Source of the DNA: Polyangiales bacterium | Lineage (GTDB): Bacteria; Myxococcota_A; Polyangia; Polyangiales; JADJQN01 | Assembly (NCBI GenBank): GCA_964202905.1 | Contig: CAXNJO010000003.1 | Location: 352,001 to 416,000 of the forward strand | Length of the DNA: 64,000 nucleotides | Direction of reading: 5' to 3' | Part shown: piece by piece, positions 9,440 through 18,870 of the stretch | Numbering within the stretch: the first letter of the stretch is position 1 | How the letters are laid out: each line of letters opens with the position of its first letter | Position numbers and translations under genes: made by a program | The notes under the pieces: model-generated | What the model was told of the DNA's origin: nothing | Databases searched by the model: none | What the model saw: only the letters and a program-made list of their open reading frames with translations

Positions 9440-9967
9440 TCAGGGCAGATAGCGCCGTATCACCATGTTTTCGCTGATTTTTTCAGCGACTCCCGTGGCC
9501 GGATCATCCCCCGCGAGCGCGACGCCGCCCATGAGACGCGCGGCGTCGAGCACGAAGACGAGCGCGCCCTCGTGCGCGTAGACCGCGCTCACACCGCGCG
9601 ACGCGTCCCCGAGCGAGGGCACCTCGCGGCGCGCATCGGGGGCGAGGCCGAAGACGTCGGTGACGGAGTCGACGACGAGCCCCACCGACCGCGTCCCCAC
9701 ACGGAGCACGAGCCACTTCGTCCGGCGGGTCGCCGCGAGGGGCGGGAGCCCGAAGCGGCTGCGCAGGTCGAGCACGGGCACGACCTCGCCGCGGTGATCG
9801 GCGACGCCGACGACGCCGGGCGGCGCGTGCGGCAGCGCGATCACCGGCTGCGGATTCACGATCTCGCGGACGCAGCCGATCTCGACCGCGTAGCGCGCGC
9901 CCCCGACGACGAAACCGACGAGGCTCTTCGTGCGCTCCGAGCGGCTGCGCGACGACGTGGAAGGCAT
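9440..9967 (-). CDS. cheW: Chemotaxis coupling protein CheW
   Basis: VREIV, LPHAP, GVADHRGEVVPVLDLR, GLVVDSV. Confidence 0.9.
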   Translation of the reverse strand: MPSTSSRSRSERTKSLVGFVVGGARYAVEIGCVREIVNPQPVIALPHAPPGVVGVADHRGEVVPVLDLRSRFGLPPLAATRRTKWLVLRVGTRSVGLVVDSVTDVFGLAPDARREVPSLGDASRGVSAVYAHEGALVFVLDAARLMGGVALAGDDPATGVAEKISENMVIRRYLP

Positions 9968-9971
9968 GCGC

Positions 9972-10598
9972 TCATCTCCTCAAGAGCGGGCCGGGATCGA
10001 GGAGGATCAGCACCTCGACGGCCGCAGCGGGGGGCGCCGACGCGTGCACGGCGCGCGCCTCCAGCGAGCGCGGGGGCCGCGCCGTGGCACGGGCCGGTGC
10101 AGGCCGCCCGATGCCGAACACCGCGTCGCCGGGCTCACCGGGACGCCCCGCGCCGACCTCGATCTCCTCCTCGCGGAGGCGGTACACCTGCAGCACCTCG
10201 TCGACGAGCAGGCCGAGCACCTCCGCCCCGCCGTCGACCATGAGCACCCGCGCGTGACGCGTCGGCGCGCCCGCCGGCAGGCGCAGCCGCCGACGCAGGT
10301 CGAGCACCGTCGTCACGCGACCGCGCACCGACACGACGCCCAGCACGTCCTGCGGCGCGCGCGGGACCTCGGTCAACGGCCCGAGGCGCCCGATCTCGCG
10401 CACGCTCGCGAGCGGCAGCGCGTAGGCCTCCGCCCCGAGCCGGAAGGCGAGCAGCTCGCGCACGCCCTGCGCCCCGGCGCGCGGCCGCGCCACCCGCTCG
10501 CGCGCCGTCGATCCCGGCAGGGCGGGCGGCCCCGCGATCGCGCGCCCCTCGGCAGCAGCCGACGCAGCGGGTCGGCGGGCCGGAAGCCCGTCACTCAC
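9972..10598 (-). CDS. cheW: Chemotaxis coupling protein CheW
   Basis: FRLGAEAYAL, VPRAP, GVVSVRGRVTTVLDLR, GLLVDEV. Confidence 0.9.
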   Translation of the reverse strand: MSDGLPARRPAASAAAEGRAIAGPPALPGSTARERVARPRAGAQGVRELLAFRLGAEAYALPLASVREIGRLGPLTEVPRAPQDVLGVVSVRGRVTTVLDLRRRLRLPAGAPTRHARVLMVDGGAEVLGLLVDEVLQVYRLREEEIEVGAGRPGEPGDAVFGIGRPAPARATARPPRSLEARAVHASAPPAAAVEVLILLDPGPLLRR

Positions 10599-12787
10599 GA
10601 CGCCGCCCCCAACGCGATCGCCTCGCCCACGAGCACCTCCTCGATGAGCCGCCCGACGTCGAGCACGAGCGCGATCCGCTGATCGCCGAGATCCGTCGCC
10701 CCCGCGAAGCCCGGCACCGCGCGCAGGCTGGGCCCGAGCGGCTTGATGACGATGTCCTGCTGCCCGAGCAGTTGATCGACGACGAACCCGACGCGCCGCT
10801 GCCCGACCTGCGCGACGACGACGTAACCCCGCGCGCCCTCGTCGTCCGCGGGGTGCTCGAAGTGCCGCGCGAGGCGGCAGAGCGTGAGCGACGCGCCGCG
10901 CAGCGTGAACACCTCGCGCCCCTCGACGAGGTGCACCGCGCGCGGGTCGAGGCGCAGCGCCTCCTGCACCGCCGAGAGCGGGATCGCGTACACGCGGCCC
11001 GCGACGCGCACGACCAGCGCGCCGACGATCGCGAGGGTGATCGGCAGCGTGATGGTGAACTTCGTCCCGATGCCGTGCGCGCTCACGACGTCGACCGCGC
11101 CACCGAGCCGCGAGATGTTGGTCTTCACGACGTCCATGCCGACGCCGCGCCCCGAGAGATCGGTGACCGCGTCGCGCGTGCTGAAGCCGGGCAGGAAGAT
11201 CAGCCCGAGCGCCTCACCCCGCGAGAGCTCCGCGGCCTGCTCGGCGCCGATGACCCCACGCCGCACCGCCGTCTCGCGCAGGCGATCCGGGTCCATCCCC
11301 GCCCCGTCGTCCTCGACCTCGATGATGACGTGGCTGCCCTTCGGGAAGGCGTTGAGCGCGAGCGTCCCCGCACGCGGCTTGCCCGCGCGACCGCGATCGG
11401 TGACGGACTCGATGCCGTGGTCGATCGCGTTGCGGATGATGTGCATGAGCGGGTCGCTCAGCTCCTCGACGATGAGCTTGTCGACCTCGGTCTCGGCCCC
11501 CGTGACGACGAGGCGGATCTCCTTGCCGTGATCGCGCGCGACCTGCCGGACCACGCGCGCGAGCTTCTCGAACACCTGCCCGAGCGGCACCATGCGGACG
11601 TCGAGGATCCCCTCCTGCAGGTGACCGAGATGGCGCTCGAAGCCGCGCTGCACGCGCTGCAACTCCGCCGCGAGCTGCCGCACCTCAGGGCGCCCGCGGA
11701 GCTTCTCGGAGACGCGCCCGACGGCCGAGCGCACGAGCGCGAGCTCGGCGACCACGTTCATCAGGTGGTCGAGCTTCCCGATGTCGACGCGCACCGTGTT
11801 CGAGACCGAGCGCAGCGTGAGCGCGTCGATCGCCGCGCCCCCGTCTCGCGGCGCAAAGAGGCTGTCGCCCGCGCGGGATCCCGCGGACGCCCTCACCGGC
11901 GGCTGGCTCGCGGCGTCGGCGAGCGCCGCGCCCCCCGCACGCAGCGCGTCCCCGGCGATGAGCCCCGTCGTCGGCTCCGCGCGCGCCTCCCCCATCGCCG
12001 CGCCCGACGGCTCGAGCCCCCCCTCGGCGGCGCGCGGGCGGCCGAGGGTGGTGAGCGTCGCGCCGCCCGTCGCGAGCACCGCCGCGAGCTCCGCGTACGG
12101 ACGGCGGCTCGCGAGCAGCACGTCGAGCGCGATCGCGTCGCCGTCGTCCGGCCCCACCGTCGGCAGGTACGTGAGCAGCTCGGCGATGGGCTTCGCGCGC
12201 GCCTTGAGCTCCTCGAGCGCGGTGTCGATCGTCGAGAGCGGGAAGGACACCGCGAGGCGATGGAGCGCGCAGCCCTGCGCGACGCTCGTGCGGAGGCGAT
12301 GCTCCTCGTACTCCGTGAGCACCGAGAGCAGCCCGGGGTCGAGGTCGAAGTCATCGAGGCTCGGCGGTGCGGGCGCGCTCGAGGCGCTGAGCCGCCGCAG
12401 GCTCTCGCTGAAGCGCGGCAGGTCCACGTCCGCCGGCGTGCCCGGATTCTTCGCCTCCGCGAGCAGGCGCTGGAAGCTCTCGACGCCCTCGAAGAGCACG
12501 TCGAGCACTTCCTGCGAGAGCGCGACGCGTCCGACGCGCAGGTCGTCGAGCAGGTTCTCGAGCGCGTGCGCGAGCCCGGCCAGCTGCGCGTAGCCGAACA
12601 TCCCTGCGAGGCCCTTGAGCGTGTGGACGCCGCGGAAGACCTCGTTCACGAGGTCCGGATCGGCCGCGCCCTGCTTCTGCCCGTGGTCGAGCAGCAACAG
12701 ATCGCGCGAGAGCGACTCGATCAGCTCCTGCGTCTCGGAGAGGAACTCGGCGCGGACGCTGTCGCCGCTGTCCCCGGCCCCTCCCAC
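10595..12787 (-). CDS. cheA: Chemotaxis histidine kinase CheA (HPt, dimerisation, HATPase, CheW)
   Basis: FRGVHTLKG, VRVDIGKLD, RNAIDHG, DDGAG, FLPGFST, SGRGVGMD. Confidence 0.95.
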   Translation of the reverse strand: MGGAGDSGDSVRAEFLSETQELIESLSRDLLLLDHGQKQGAADPDLVNEVFRGVHTLKGLAGMFGYAQLAGLAHALENLLDDLRVGRVALSQEVLDVLFEGVESFQRLLAEAKNPGTPADVDLPRFSESLRRLSASSAPAPPSLDDFDLDPGLLSVLTEYEEHRLRTSVAQGCALHRLAVSFPLSTIDTALEELKARAKPIAELLTYLPTVGPDDGDAIALDVLLASRRPYAELAAVLATGGATLTTLGRPRAAEGGLEPSGAAMGEARAEPTTGLIAGDALRAGGAALADAASQPPVRASAGSRAGDSLFAPRDGGAAIDALTLRSVSNTVRVDIGKLDHLMNVVAELALVRSAVGRVSEKLRGRPEVRQLAAELQRVQRGFERHLGHLQEGILDVRMVPLGQVFEKLARVVRQVARDHGKEIRLVVTGAETEVDKLIVEELSDPLMHIIRNAIDHGIESVTDRGRAGKPRAGTLALNAFPKGSHVIIEVEDDGAGMDPDRLRETAVRRGVIGAEQAAELSRGEALGLIFLPGFSTRDAVTDLSGRGVGMDVVKTNISRLGGAVDVVSAHGIGTKFTITLPITLAIVGALVVRVAGRVYAIPLSAVQEALRLDPRAVHLVEGREVFTLRGASLTLCRLARHFEHPADDEGARGYVVVAQVGQRRVGFVVDQLLGQQDIVIKPLGPSLRAVPGFAGATDLGDQRIALVLDVGRLIEEVLVGEAIALGAAS

Positions 12788-12791
12788 GCCC

Positions 12792-13169
12792 CTAGCCCTG
12801 CGACACGCGGGCGAGCGCGGCGCGGACGGCGGCGCGCAGCGACGGCGCGTCGAAGGGCTTCGAGAGGTAGGCGTCGGCGCCGAGGCTGAGCGCGCGCTCG
12901 CGATCACGGGGCGCCGCCTCGGTCGTGATGATGAGCAGGGGCGTGTCGCGGTGCGCCTCGCTGCGCCGCATGAACGCGACCACCTCGAGCCCGTTGATGT
13001 CGGGCATGTTGATGTCGGTGATCACGAGGTCGAACGCGTCGCGGGGCAAGATCCGCAGCGCCTCGAGGCCGTTCGCGGCCTCGATCACCGACAGCTCGCC
13101 CTCTACCTCCAGCGACGCGCGCACATACGCGCGCATCGCCCGGCTGTCGTCGATGATGAGGATCTTCAC
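12792..13169 (-). CDS. cheY: Single-domain response regulator (CheY-like)
   Basis: ILIIDDS, ITDINMP, ITTE, YLSKPF. TATAGT 9 nt before GTG. Confidence 0.9.
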   Translation of the reverse strand: MKILIIDDSRAMRAYVRASLEVEGELSVIEAANGLEALRILPRDAFDLVITDINMPDINGLEVVAFMRRSEAHRDTPLLIITTEAAPRDRERALSLGADAYLSKPFDAPSLRAAVRAALARVSQG

Positions 13170-13247
13170 GGCCCGCCGACTATATCCGATGCGCCTGTGA
13201 TTCTGTAACGTGGAGTACGCACTCGGCTTGGAAACGCGCGGCCCGCG

Positions 13248-13598
13248 TCAGCGCCCGTACGAGCGCTCCTCGAGCGGACGCGCGTCACACGCAGCGCAGG
13301 CGCACAGCGCGCGCAGGTAGCGGAACGCATAGATCCCCGTGCCGTGTCCGTCCGCCCACTCGAGTCGGATCGCGTAGTTGCCGACCTCCTCGAGCTCGGC
13401 GAGCAGCCGGTCGCCGCCCGGTTGAAAGCGGATCGGGCCCTGGTGTCCCTGGCAGTGCGCGCAGGGGCAGAAGCCCCGCAGGACCTCGTGCGGCAGCACG
13501 CCGAGGTGACCGTCCGCCCAGTCGATGTGCATCACGAGCGCGCCGCGCGGCGCCCGGATCTCGCGTGCGGTGAACCGCGCCGCCGTGTCGTCGGTCAT
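13248..13598 (-). CDS. DUF971/GBBH-like N-terminal domain protein
   Basis: WADGH...LRGFCPCAHC...VGNYAI...WADGHGTGIY. Confidence 0.85.
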   Translation of the reverse strand: MTDDTAARFTAREIRAPRGALVMHIDWADGHLGVLPHEVLRGFCPCAHCQGHQGPIRFQPGGDRLLAELEEVGNYAIRLEWADGHGTGIYAFRYLRALCACAACDARPLEERSYGR

Positions 13599-13679
13599 CG
13601 CGGCGCACTGTGGCGCCGCGCGACGCCGCCGTAAAGCGCGGCGGCGCGTTCTCCATGGGCTCGGCGGGGACGCGCGCCC

Positions 13680-14405
13680 TCAGGTCCCCCGCGCGAGGTG
13701 CGCGGCCACGAGTCCGTTCGCGACGCGCCGCACCTCGTCGTGCTCGGCCTCGGGCCACGGCAGCGCCGCGAGCGCCGCCCAGCCCGGCGTCGCGAGGCCC
13801 TCGAGCAGCCGCCGCGTCGCGCCCCCGAGCCGGATCGGCGCACCGCCGCACGCACGACACACGACCACCGAGCGGCGCGGATCGAAGAGCACCGCCTTGC
13901 CGGGCGGCGCGTCGAGGCCGCAGCGCGCGCAGCGATCGAGACGCGGCGCGAAGCCGAGCAGCGCGGCGAGGCGCACGGTGAACGCGAGGAGCAGCGTCTC
14001 GTACGGCGCGGCGGCCGCCTCGAGCACCTCGAAGAGCTCGACGCAGACCTCGAAGACGCGCGGATCGACCGGCCCGCTCGGCAGCGCGTCCCGCACCCGC
14101 TCGAGCGCCCGCCCGCCCGCCCGCATGCGCTCGAGACTCGCGAGAATGCCCGGAAAAGGCCGCACGAGCGTCGCCGAGGCGAGCCGCGAGACCTCTCCGC
14201 GCCCGAGCGCGATCTCCGCGGCGAGCACCGCGAACGGCTCGAGCGCACCGGCGAAGCGACGCTGGCTCTTGCGCGCCCCCCGCGCGAGGACCGCGACGCG
14301 CCCCAGCTCGGGCGTCAGCAGCGTGAGGATGCGGTCGGCCTCACCGTAGTCGATGCCGCGCAGCACCAACGCGCGGGTCGGCGTGGTGCGCTGCGACCCG
14401 CCCAT
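13680..14405 (-). CDS. recO: DNA repair protein RecO
   Basis: VLRGIDYGEADRILTLLT, ARGARKS, LEPF, CARC/CRAC zinc finger. Confidence 0.92.
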   Translation of the reverse strand: MGGSQRTTPTRALVLRGIDYGEADRILTLLTPELGRVAVLARGARKSQRRFAGALEPFAVLAAEIALGRGEVSRLASATLVRPFPGILASLERMRAGGRALERVRDALPSGPVDPRVFEVCVELFEVLEAAAAPYETLLLAFTVRLAALLGFAPRLDRCARCGLDAPPGKAVLFDPRRSVVVCRACGGAPIRLGGATRRLLEGLATPGWAALAALPWPEAEHDEVRRVANGLVAAHLARGT

Positions 14406-14412
14406 CGGCGCC

Positions 14413-14853
14413 TCAGCCCGCGCGCGCGGAGACCTCGAGCGCCGGGACGTCACGCCCCGAGAGCTCGATCTGCGTGTCGCGCTGCCGCGGCTTGAGCACG
14501 ATGGACAGCGCCAGCGTGAAGAGGATGAGCAGGATCACCAGCGCGATCGCGATGCCGAAGCGCCGACCGCGCTCCGGCGGCTGGATCGCGAGGATCGGCG
14601 CCGGCGCGACGACCGCGGCGCGGCGGTTCTGCTGGCCATACACCGCGAGGACCTCGTCCGGCTCGACGCCGAGGGCGCGCGCGTAGCACTTGAGAAAACC
14701 GCGCGCGAAGATCTCCCCCGGCAGCTTCTCGAAGTCGTCGGCCTCGATGTGCTGGAGCATCTTGAGCGGGATGCGCGTCGTCTGCGCGAGCTCCTCCAGG
14801 GAGACCTGGCGCAGCTCCCGCTCTCTCCGCAGATAGCGTCCGATCGACTCCAT
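14413..14853 (-). CDS. RodZ-like HTH (HTH_25) membrane protein, short form
   Basis: IGRYLRRERE...SLEELAQTTRI...LPGEIFARGFLKCYARALG, then one TM segment. Confidence 0.85.
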   Translation of the reverse strand: MESIGRYLRRERELRQVSLEELAQTTRIPLKMLQHIEADDFEKLPGEIFARGFLKCYARALGVEPDEVLAVYGQQNRRAAVVAPAPILAIQPPERGRRFGIAIALVILLILFTLALSIVLKPRQRDTQIELSGRDVPALEVSARAG

Positions 14854-14900
14854 CGAGCTCCTCCGGGCGGGCGCCGCCGAGCCGGCGACGCCACGCACAC

Positions 14901-15737
14901 TCAGTGGTGGATGGTCTCCAGGTGCTGGCGGCAGGCGCGCCCCGAACCGGTCTCCGGACCGAGTTCGACGCAGCGCTCGAAGTCGGACGCGGCGTCGTCG
15001 GGGTGGCCGAGGCCCGCGCGGGACTCGCCGCGCAGCTGCCAGGCTTCCTGGGTGGTGTTGCAGGTGCGGTTGTCGACCTCGACGACGCGCGTGAGCGCCG
15101 CCTCGGCCCGGGTGAAGTCGTCCGACGCGAGGTACGCCTTGCCGAGGCGCAGGTACCCGAGACAGAAATCGCGCTGGAGGCGCACCGACTCCTCGAGCGC
15201 GGCGATCGCCTGGCGGAAGTCGTCCTTCTCGAAGTGGGCGAGCCCGAGGTTCGCCCACGCGAGATAGGGAGTGGTGTAGAGCAGGTCCGCCGCGGCCGTC
15301 CGGAGCTCGGCGACCGCCGCGTCGTACCGCCCCTGGTGGATGAGCATCACGCCGTGGCTGTTGCGGATCTCCGAGCGCAGGCTCGGCCGGACGTCGATCT
15401 CCGGATCGTCGGCCAACCGCGCCGCCTCGGCGAGGTGGCGCTCGGCCGCCGGGAAGTCGGCCCGTGCCGTGAACAGCACGCCGAGCACGTGGTGCGCCTC
15501 GGCGTTCTCCGGGTCGAGCTGGACGGCGCGCAGCAGATGCTCGAAGGCCTGCGGCAGGCTGGCCTCCCGCATCAGCGACACCCCGAGCTCGAACTCTCGC
15601 TGCGACCGCATCGTCTCCTCCGGCGAGCTGCCCCCGCCGCCGCAGCCGACCGCCGACCCGATGGCCAGCGCGACGAGCACGGTCGCGAGCGTGATCCCAT
15701 GTGTTCTTGCGCGCAGGAGGTCTGATCTACCGATCAT
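14901..15737 (-). CDS. TPR lipoprotein, PilF/PilW/Tgl-like pilotin (start uncertain)
   Basis: Lipobox AVGC, TPR repeats, YTTPYLAWANLG. Directly upstream of a rodZ-like gene, as for pilW. Confidence 0.7.
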   Translation of the reverse strand: MIGRSDLLRARTHGITLATVLVALAIGSAVGCGGGGSSPEETMRSQREFELGVSLMREASLPQAFEHLLRAVQLDPENAEAHHVLGVLFTARADFPAAERHLAEAARLADDPEIDVRPSLRSEIRNSHGVMLIHQGRYDAAVAELRTAAADLLYTTPYLAWANLGLAHFEKDDFRQAIAALEESVRLQRDFCLGYLRLGKAYLASDDFTRAEAALTRVVEVDNRTCNTTQEAWQLRGESRAGLGHPDDAASDFERCVELGPETGSGRACRQHLETIHH

Positions 15738-15752
15738 GGTCTGGAGCGTCAA
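15724..15752 (-). promoter_or_regulatory. Candidate sigma70 promoter TTGACG-N17-TAGATC for the TPR/rodZ/recO genes
   Basis: Consensus-like -35 with 17-nt spacer. Would imply a TPR start downstream of 15737. Confidence 0.4.
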
Positions 15753-15869
15753 CCGCAAACTCCCCGGGGTCCGCAGCCCCCGTGCGCGCCGGCGACCCTG
15801 GGTCGCGAACGAGGCTTCGGGTGGGGTGTCGGCCGGCCGACAGGGGGCTGGGCCCCGCAGGCGCCGGGA

Positions 15870-16532
15870 TCAGTCACCGCGGACCTCCTCTTTCAGGCCG
15901 AGGAGCTGGTAGAGGCGACGCAGGGCGGCGACCTCGGGGACGACGATCCGCTCGTCGACGATCGCGAGGTGCCCGCCGTCGCGGAGCTGCTGGACGACCC
16001 GCTTCACGGTGTCGACGTCGAGGCCGACGCGGCTCGAGAGTTCGAGCGGCGAGATGCGGAGCGCGATCCCGGCCGGGCTCGCCTCCCCGGTCGCCGCGAG
16101 GCGCAGGAGCGTGTTCACGACGCGCGAGGGGTGGTCCCGGAGCATCGCGTTCTCGAGCTGCTCCTCCGCGTCGCGCAGCCGGCCGACGAGCTGCTCGACG
16201 AGCCGCGTCGCGACGGCCGGGTTGCCGGAGAGCAGCAGCCCGAAGGTGCGGCGGTCGAGCGCGAGCGCGGTCACCTCCGTCACCGCCTCGGCCGACGCGC
16301 TCCGGACGGCGCCTGCGAGCAGCGCGTCCTCGCCGAAGAGGCCGCCCGCACGGAGCACCGTGAGGCTCCGCTCGGCCGAGCGGATGCGCTTGACGAGCCG
16401 CACGCGCCCCTCCTGCACGAGGAAACACAGGTCGGCCGCGTCGCCCTCCGCGTAGATCGCGGCGCCCGCCGCGTACGTGCGCCCAAAGCGCTCGTAGAGG
16501 CGCGCCCGCTCGTCGGCCCCAAGCTCGTCCAT
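15870..16532 (-). CDS. Crp/Fnr family transcriptional regulator
   Basis: cNMP domain (IYAEGD...GRVRLVK...FGEDAL...RSASA) plus C-terminal HTH. Confidence 0.9.
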   Translation of the reverse strand: MDELGADERARLYERFGRTYAAGAAIYAEGDAADLCFLVQEGRVRLVKRIRSAERSLTVLRAGGLFGEDALLAGAVRSASAEAVTEVTALALDRRTFGLLLSGNPAVATRLVEQLVGRLRDAEEQLENAMLRDHPSRVVNTLLRLAATGEASPAGIALRISPLELSSRVGLDVDTVKRVVQQLRDGGHLAIVDERIVVPEVAALRRLYQLLGLKEEVRGD

Positions 16533-16624
16533 GCGGGGCGCTACCTACGACGCTTCCCCCCGCGCCGCAACGGCGCGCATCCCCGGACCCCAGCGGCGTG
16601 TCGGGACGTCCGCGCAGCACGCGC

Positions 16625-18730
16625 TCAGCGAATCGCGCGCAGATCCGCGCGGTCCGCGTCTCGCGAAAACACGGGCGGACTGCCGATCGGCGCCTCTGCG
16701 GTGACGGTCCGCCCACCGTCGTAGACGGCGCCGGTCCACACGTGGAACCACCTCCCCGGCGGGAGATACACGGACTTGGTGACGGCGCCCTCCTCGACGA
16801 CCGGTGCGATCAAGAGATCACGGCCGAGCATGAATTGGTCGTGGATCGCTCGGCTCGCGAGGTCGTCGGGGAACTCGTACGCGAGGTGACGGATCATCGG
16901 GGCGGAGGTCGTCGCGGCGTCGTCGGCGAGCGCGCGGAACTCCGGGCCGAGCGCCTCGTGGATCCGCGCGAACCGCGCGAAGTGCGCGATCGTCTCCGCG
17001 TCGCGGTTCCAATTCCAGTTCGCGGCCGGCATCAAGCCCTCATGCGTCCGCATGATGGGCGAGAACGCGCCGAGCTCCGTCCAGCGCAGATAAAGCTCTT
17101 TGCTGCTCGGACCGCCGCTGTATCCAGCGATGTCGTGCGTGACGTACGGGACGCCGGAGACACCGAGGTTGAGCAGCGCGGGGACCACCGTGGGCAGTCC
17201 GTCGGTTTCCAGGAAGTCAGCCTCCTGATCACCAATCCACACGATCTGCTGCACCGCGTGGTCGCGCGTCCAACCGCTCCGCGAGAAGACCGCGTAATCG
17301 CCGTCGGGGCGCAGCGCGTCCATCACGTCACGCGAGGCTTTGTGCCACGCGGCCGGATACAGGTTGTGCAGGAGCCGCGCGTCGCCCGCGAAGAGCTGCG
17401 CGTCGGTCGGGAGCCACTCGCCGAAGTCGGCCATCCAGCCGTCGAAGCCGAGGTCGGTGACCATCGCGCTCAAGAAGCCCTCGACGTAGTCGTACGTCGC
17501 GGGGTTCGTGAAGTCTGCGAGAGAGCCCGGCGTGAACGTCGCGGGGAAGACGTACGTCGCGCCGGTGGGGTCACGAATGAGCAGCCCTCGCGCCTCCATC
17601 GGCGCGAAATGCTCGAGGTCTTCGATGACGAAGGGGTTGGCGTACGCGAGAAAGCGGACGTCGTGGTCGGTGCGGAGTGTGCGCACGAGCTCGGCGAGAT
17701 TGGGATAACGCGCTTCGTCCGCGGTCCAGCGATAGTAGATGTCGAACACCGTCGGCGTGATGTTTCGTCCGCCGACCCAGTCCTGGACCCACACCGCCGA
17801 GAACGGAACGGCGGCGGCCTCGAGCTGCGCCACCTGCGCGAGCACGACGTCGCGCCCGCCTTGCATGCCAATCCACGGCGAAAAGGCCCAGTCGGGTGGC
17901 CGCTGCGCACGGCCGATCTCGTCGCCGAGGGCACGCACGACGTCGCTCGGCCGGGGTCCGTGGAAGACCAGCACATCGAACGGCGCCGCGTCCTCGACCT
18001 CGACCCAGGCGACCTGCGGGTTCGATCGGCAGAGATCGACGAGGGTGCGGACGGGTGTGTCGATGAGCACGCCGAATCCGCGCCAATCGAGCCACCATGG
18101 CATCGGGAAATAGGTGGTGTGCGCATTGCCACTCAGCAAACTGCGGCCCGAGCGCCCAATCCCCTGCTCCTGCACCCAGAGCGGGAATGCGTCACCACGC
18201 TGGTCGGTGTCGTCGTACTGCGCGCCGAAGCCCGCGAAGCTCGCCGCGGCGTCGCAGGCGAATGGCACCGCGATGGAGGAAATCGTGGGCCCCGCGGCGG
18301 TGTAGCGGATACGCGTCGACTCGGCGGGCCGGGCGACGCTGACCCGCGCTTCGATGGTGAGTCCGTCGTCGCCGGCGTAGCGCAGCGTCACGCCGTCCGG
18401 GCCCTGCTCGCTGCCGAGGAAGCGAGAGGCCGGACGCACGACCTCCTCGCTGCGTGTGAAGCGGAAGAAGCCCGAGGCTCGCGACACCCCCTGCGCGAAG
18501 CTGCGCGCCGTCGGCGCGTCCGCGGAGGTGGTCGACGCGAGCGCGCGGCCGTCCGCGGTCTGCACGGCGATCGCCCCGCGGCCATCGATCTCGATGCGCG
18601 TTCCGTCCTCGAGGGTGTAGCTCGCCGGCGGGAGAGCCGGCGGGGCGGCAGGTGTGTCGTCCGCGGAGCAGGCCGACGCGCAGAGGAGCAGGGCGAGGGC
18701 CAGCGGGCGGGAGAGCGCGGGGCGGGGCAT
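16625..18730 (-). CDS. GH31 glycoside hydrolase lipoprotein, YihQ/sulfoquinovosidase-like
   Basis: Lipobox ASAC. WVQDW, GWMADFGE nucleophile motif, WIGDQ, DIAGY, MRTHEG. Confidence 0.85.
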   Translation of the reverse strand: MPRPALSRPLALALLLCASACSADDTPAAPPALPPASYTLEDGTRIEIDGRGAIAVQTADGRALASTTSADAPTARSFAQGVSRASGFFRFTRSEEVVRPASRFLGSEQGPDGVTLRYAGDDGLTIEARVSVARPAESTRIRYTAAGPTISSIAVPFACDAAASFAGFGAQYDDTDQRGDAFPLWVQEQGIGRSGRSLLSGNAHTTYFPMPWWLDWRGFGVLIDTPVRTLVDLCRSNPQVAWVEVEDAAPFDVLVFHGPRPSDVVRALGDEIGRAQRPPDWAFSPWIGMQGGRDVVLAQVAQLEAAAVPFSAVWVQDWVGGRNITPTVFDIYYRWTADEARYPNLAELVRTLRTDHDVRFLAYANPFVIEDLEHFAPMEARGLLIRDPTGATYVFPATFTPGSLADFTNPATYDYVEGFLSAMVTDLGFDGWMADFGEWLPTDAQLFAGDARLLHNLYPAAWHKASRDVMDALRPDGDYAVFSRSGWTRDHAVQQIVWIGDQEADFLETDGLPTVVPALLNLGVSGVPYVTHDIAGYSGGPSSKELYLRWTELGAFSPIMRTHEGLMPAANWNWNRDAETIAHFARFARIHEALGPEFRALADDAATTSAPMIRHLAYEFPDDLASRAIHDQFMLGRDLLIAPVVEEGAVTKSVYLPPGRWFHVWTGAVYDGGRTVTAEAPIGSPPVFSRDADRADLRAIR

Positions 18731-18870
18731 CGGGCGAACCTACAACGCTTTCACGGTCGCGCTGCGGATCGAGGAACGATGGCTCGCCCGCGAGGAGCGA
18801 GTGGTTGGTGGGCCCGCTACGGCCAGCGCGGCGGGTGAGCACACCACGCCGCGCCGGTGTCCGCGGGAGC

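Noticed and set aside
8382..13034. Identical stretch of about 33 bp shared by the two cheY genes
   Set aside because: It encodes the conserved FDLVITDINMP motif of paralogues, not a mobile or regulatory repeat.
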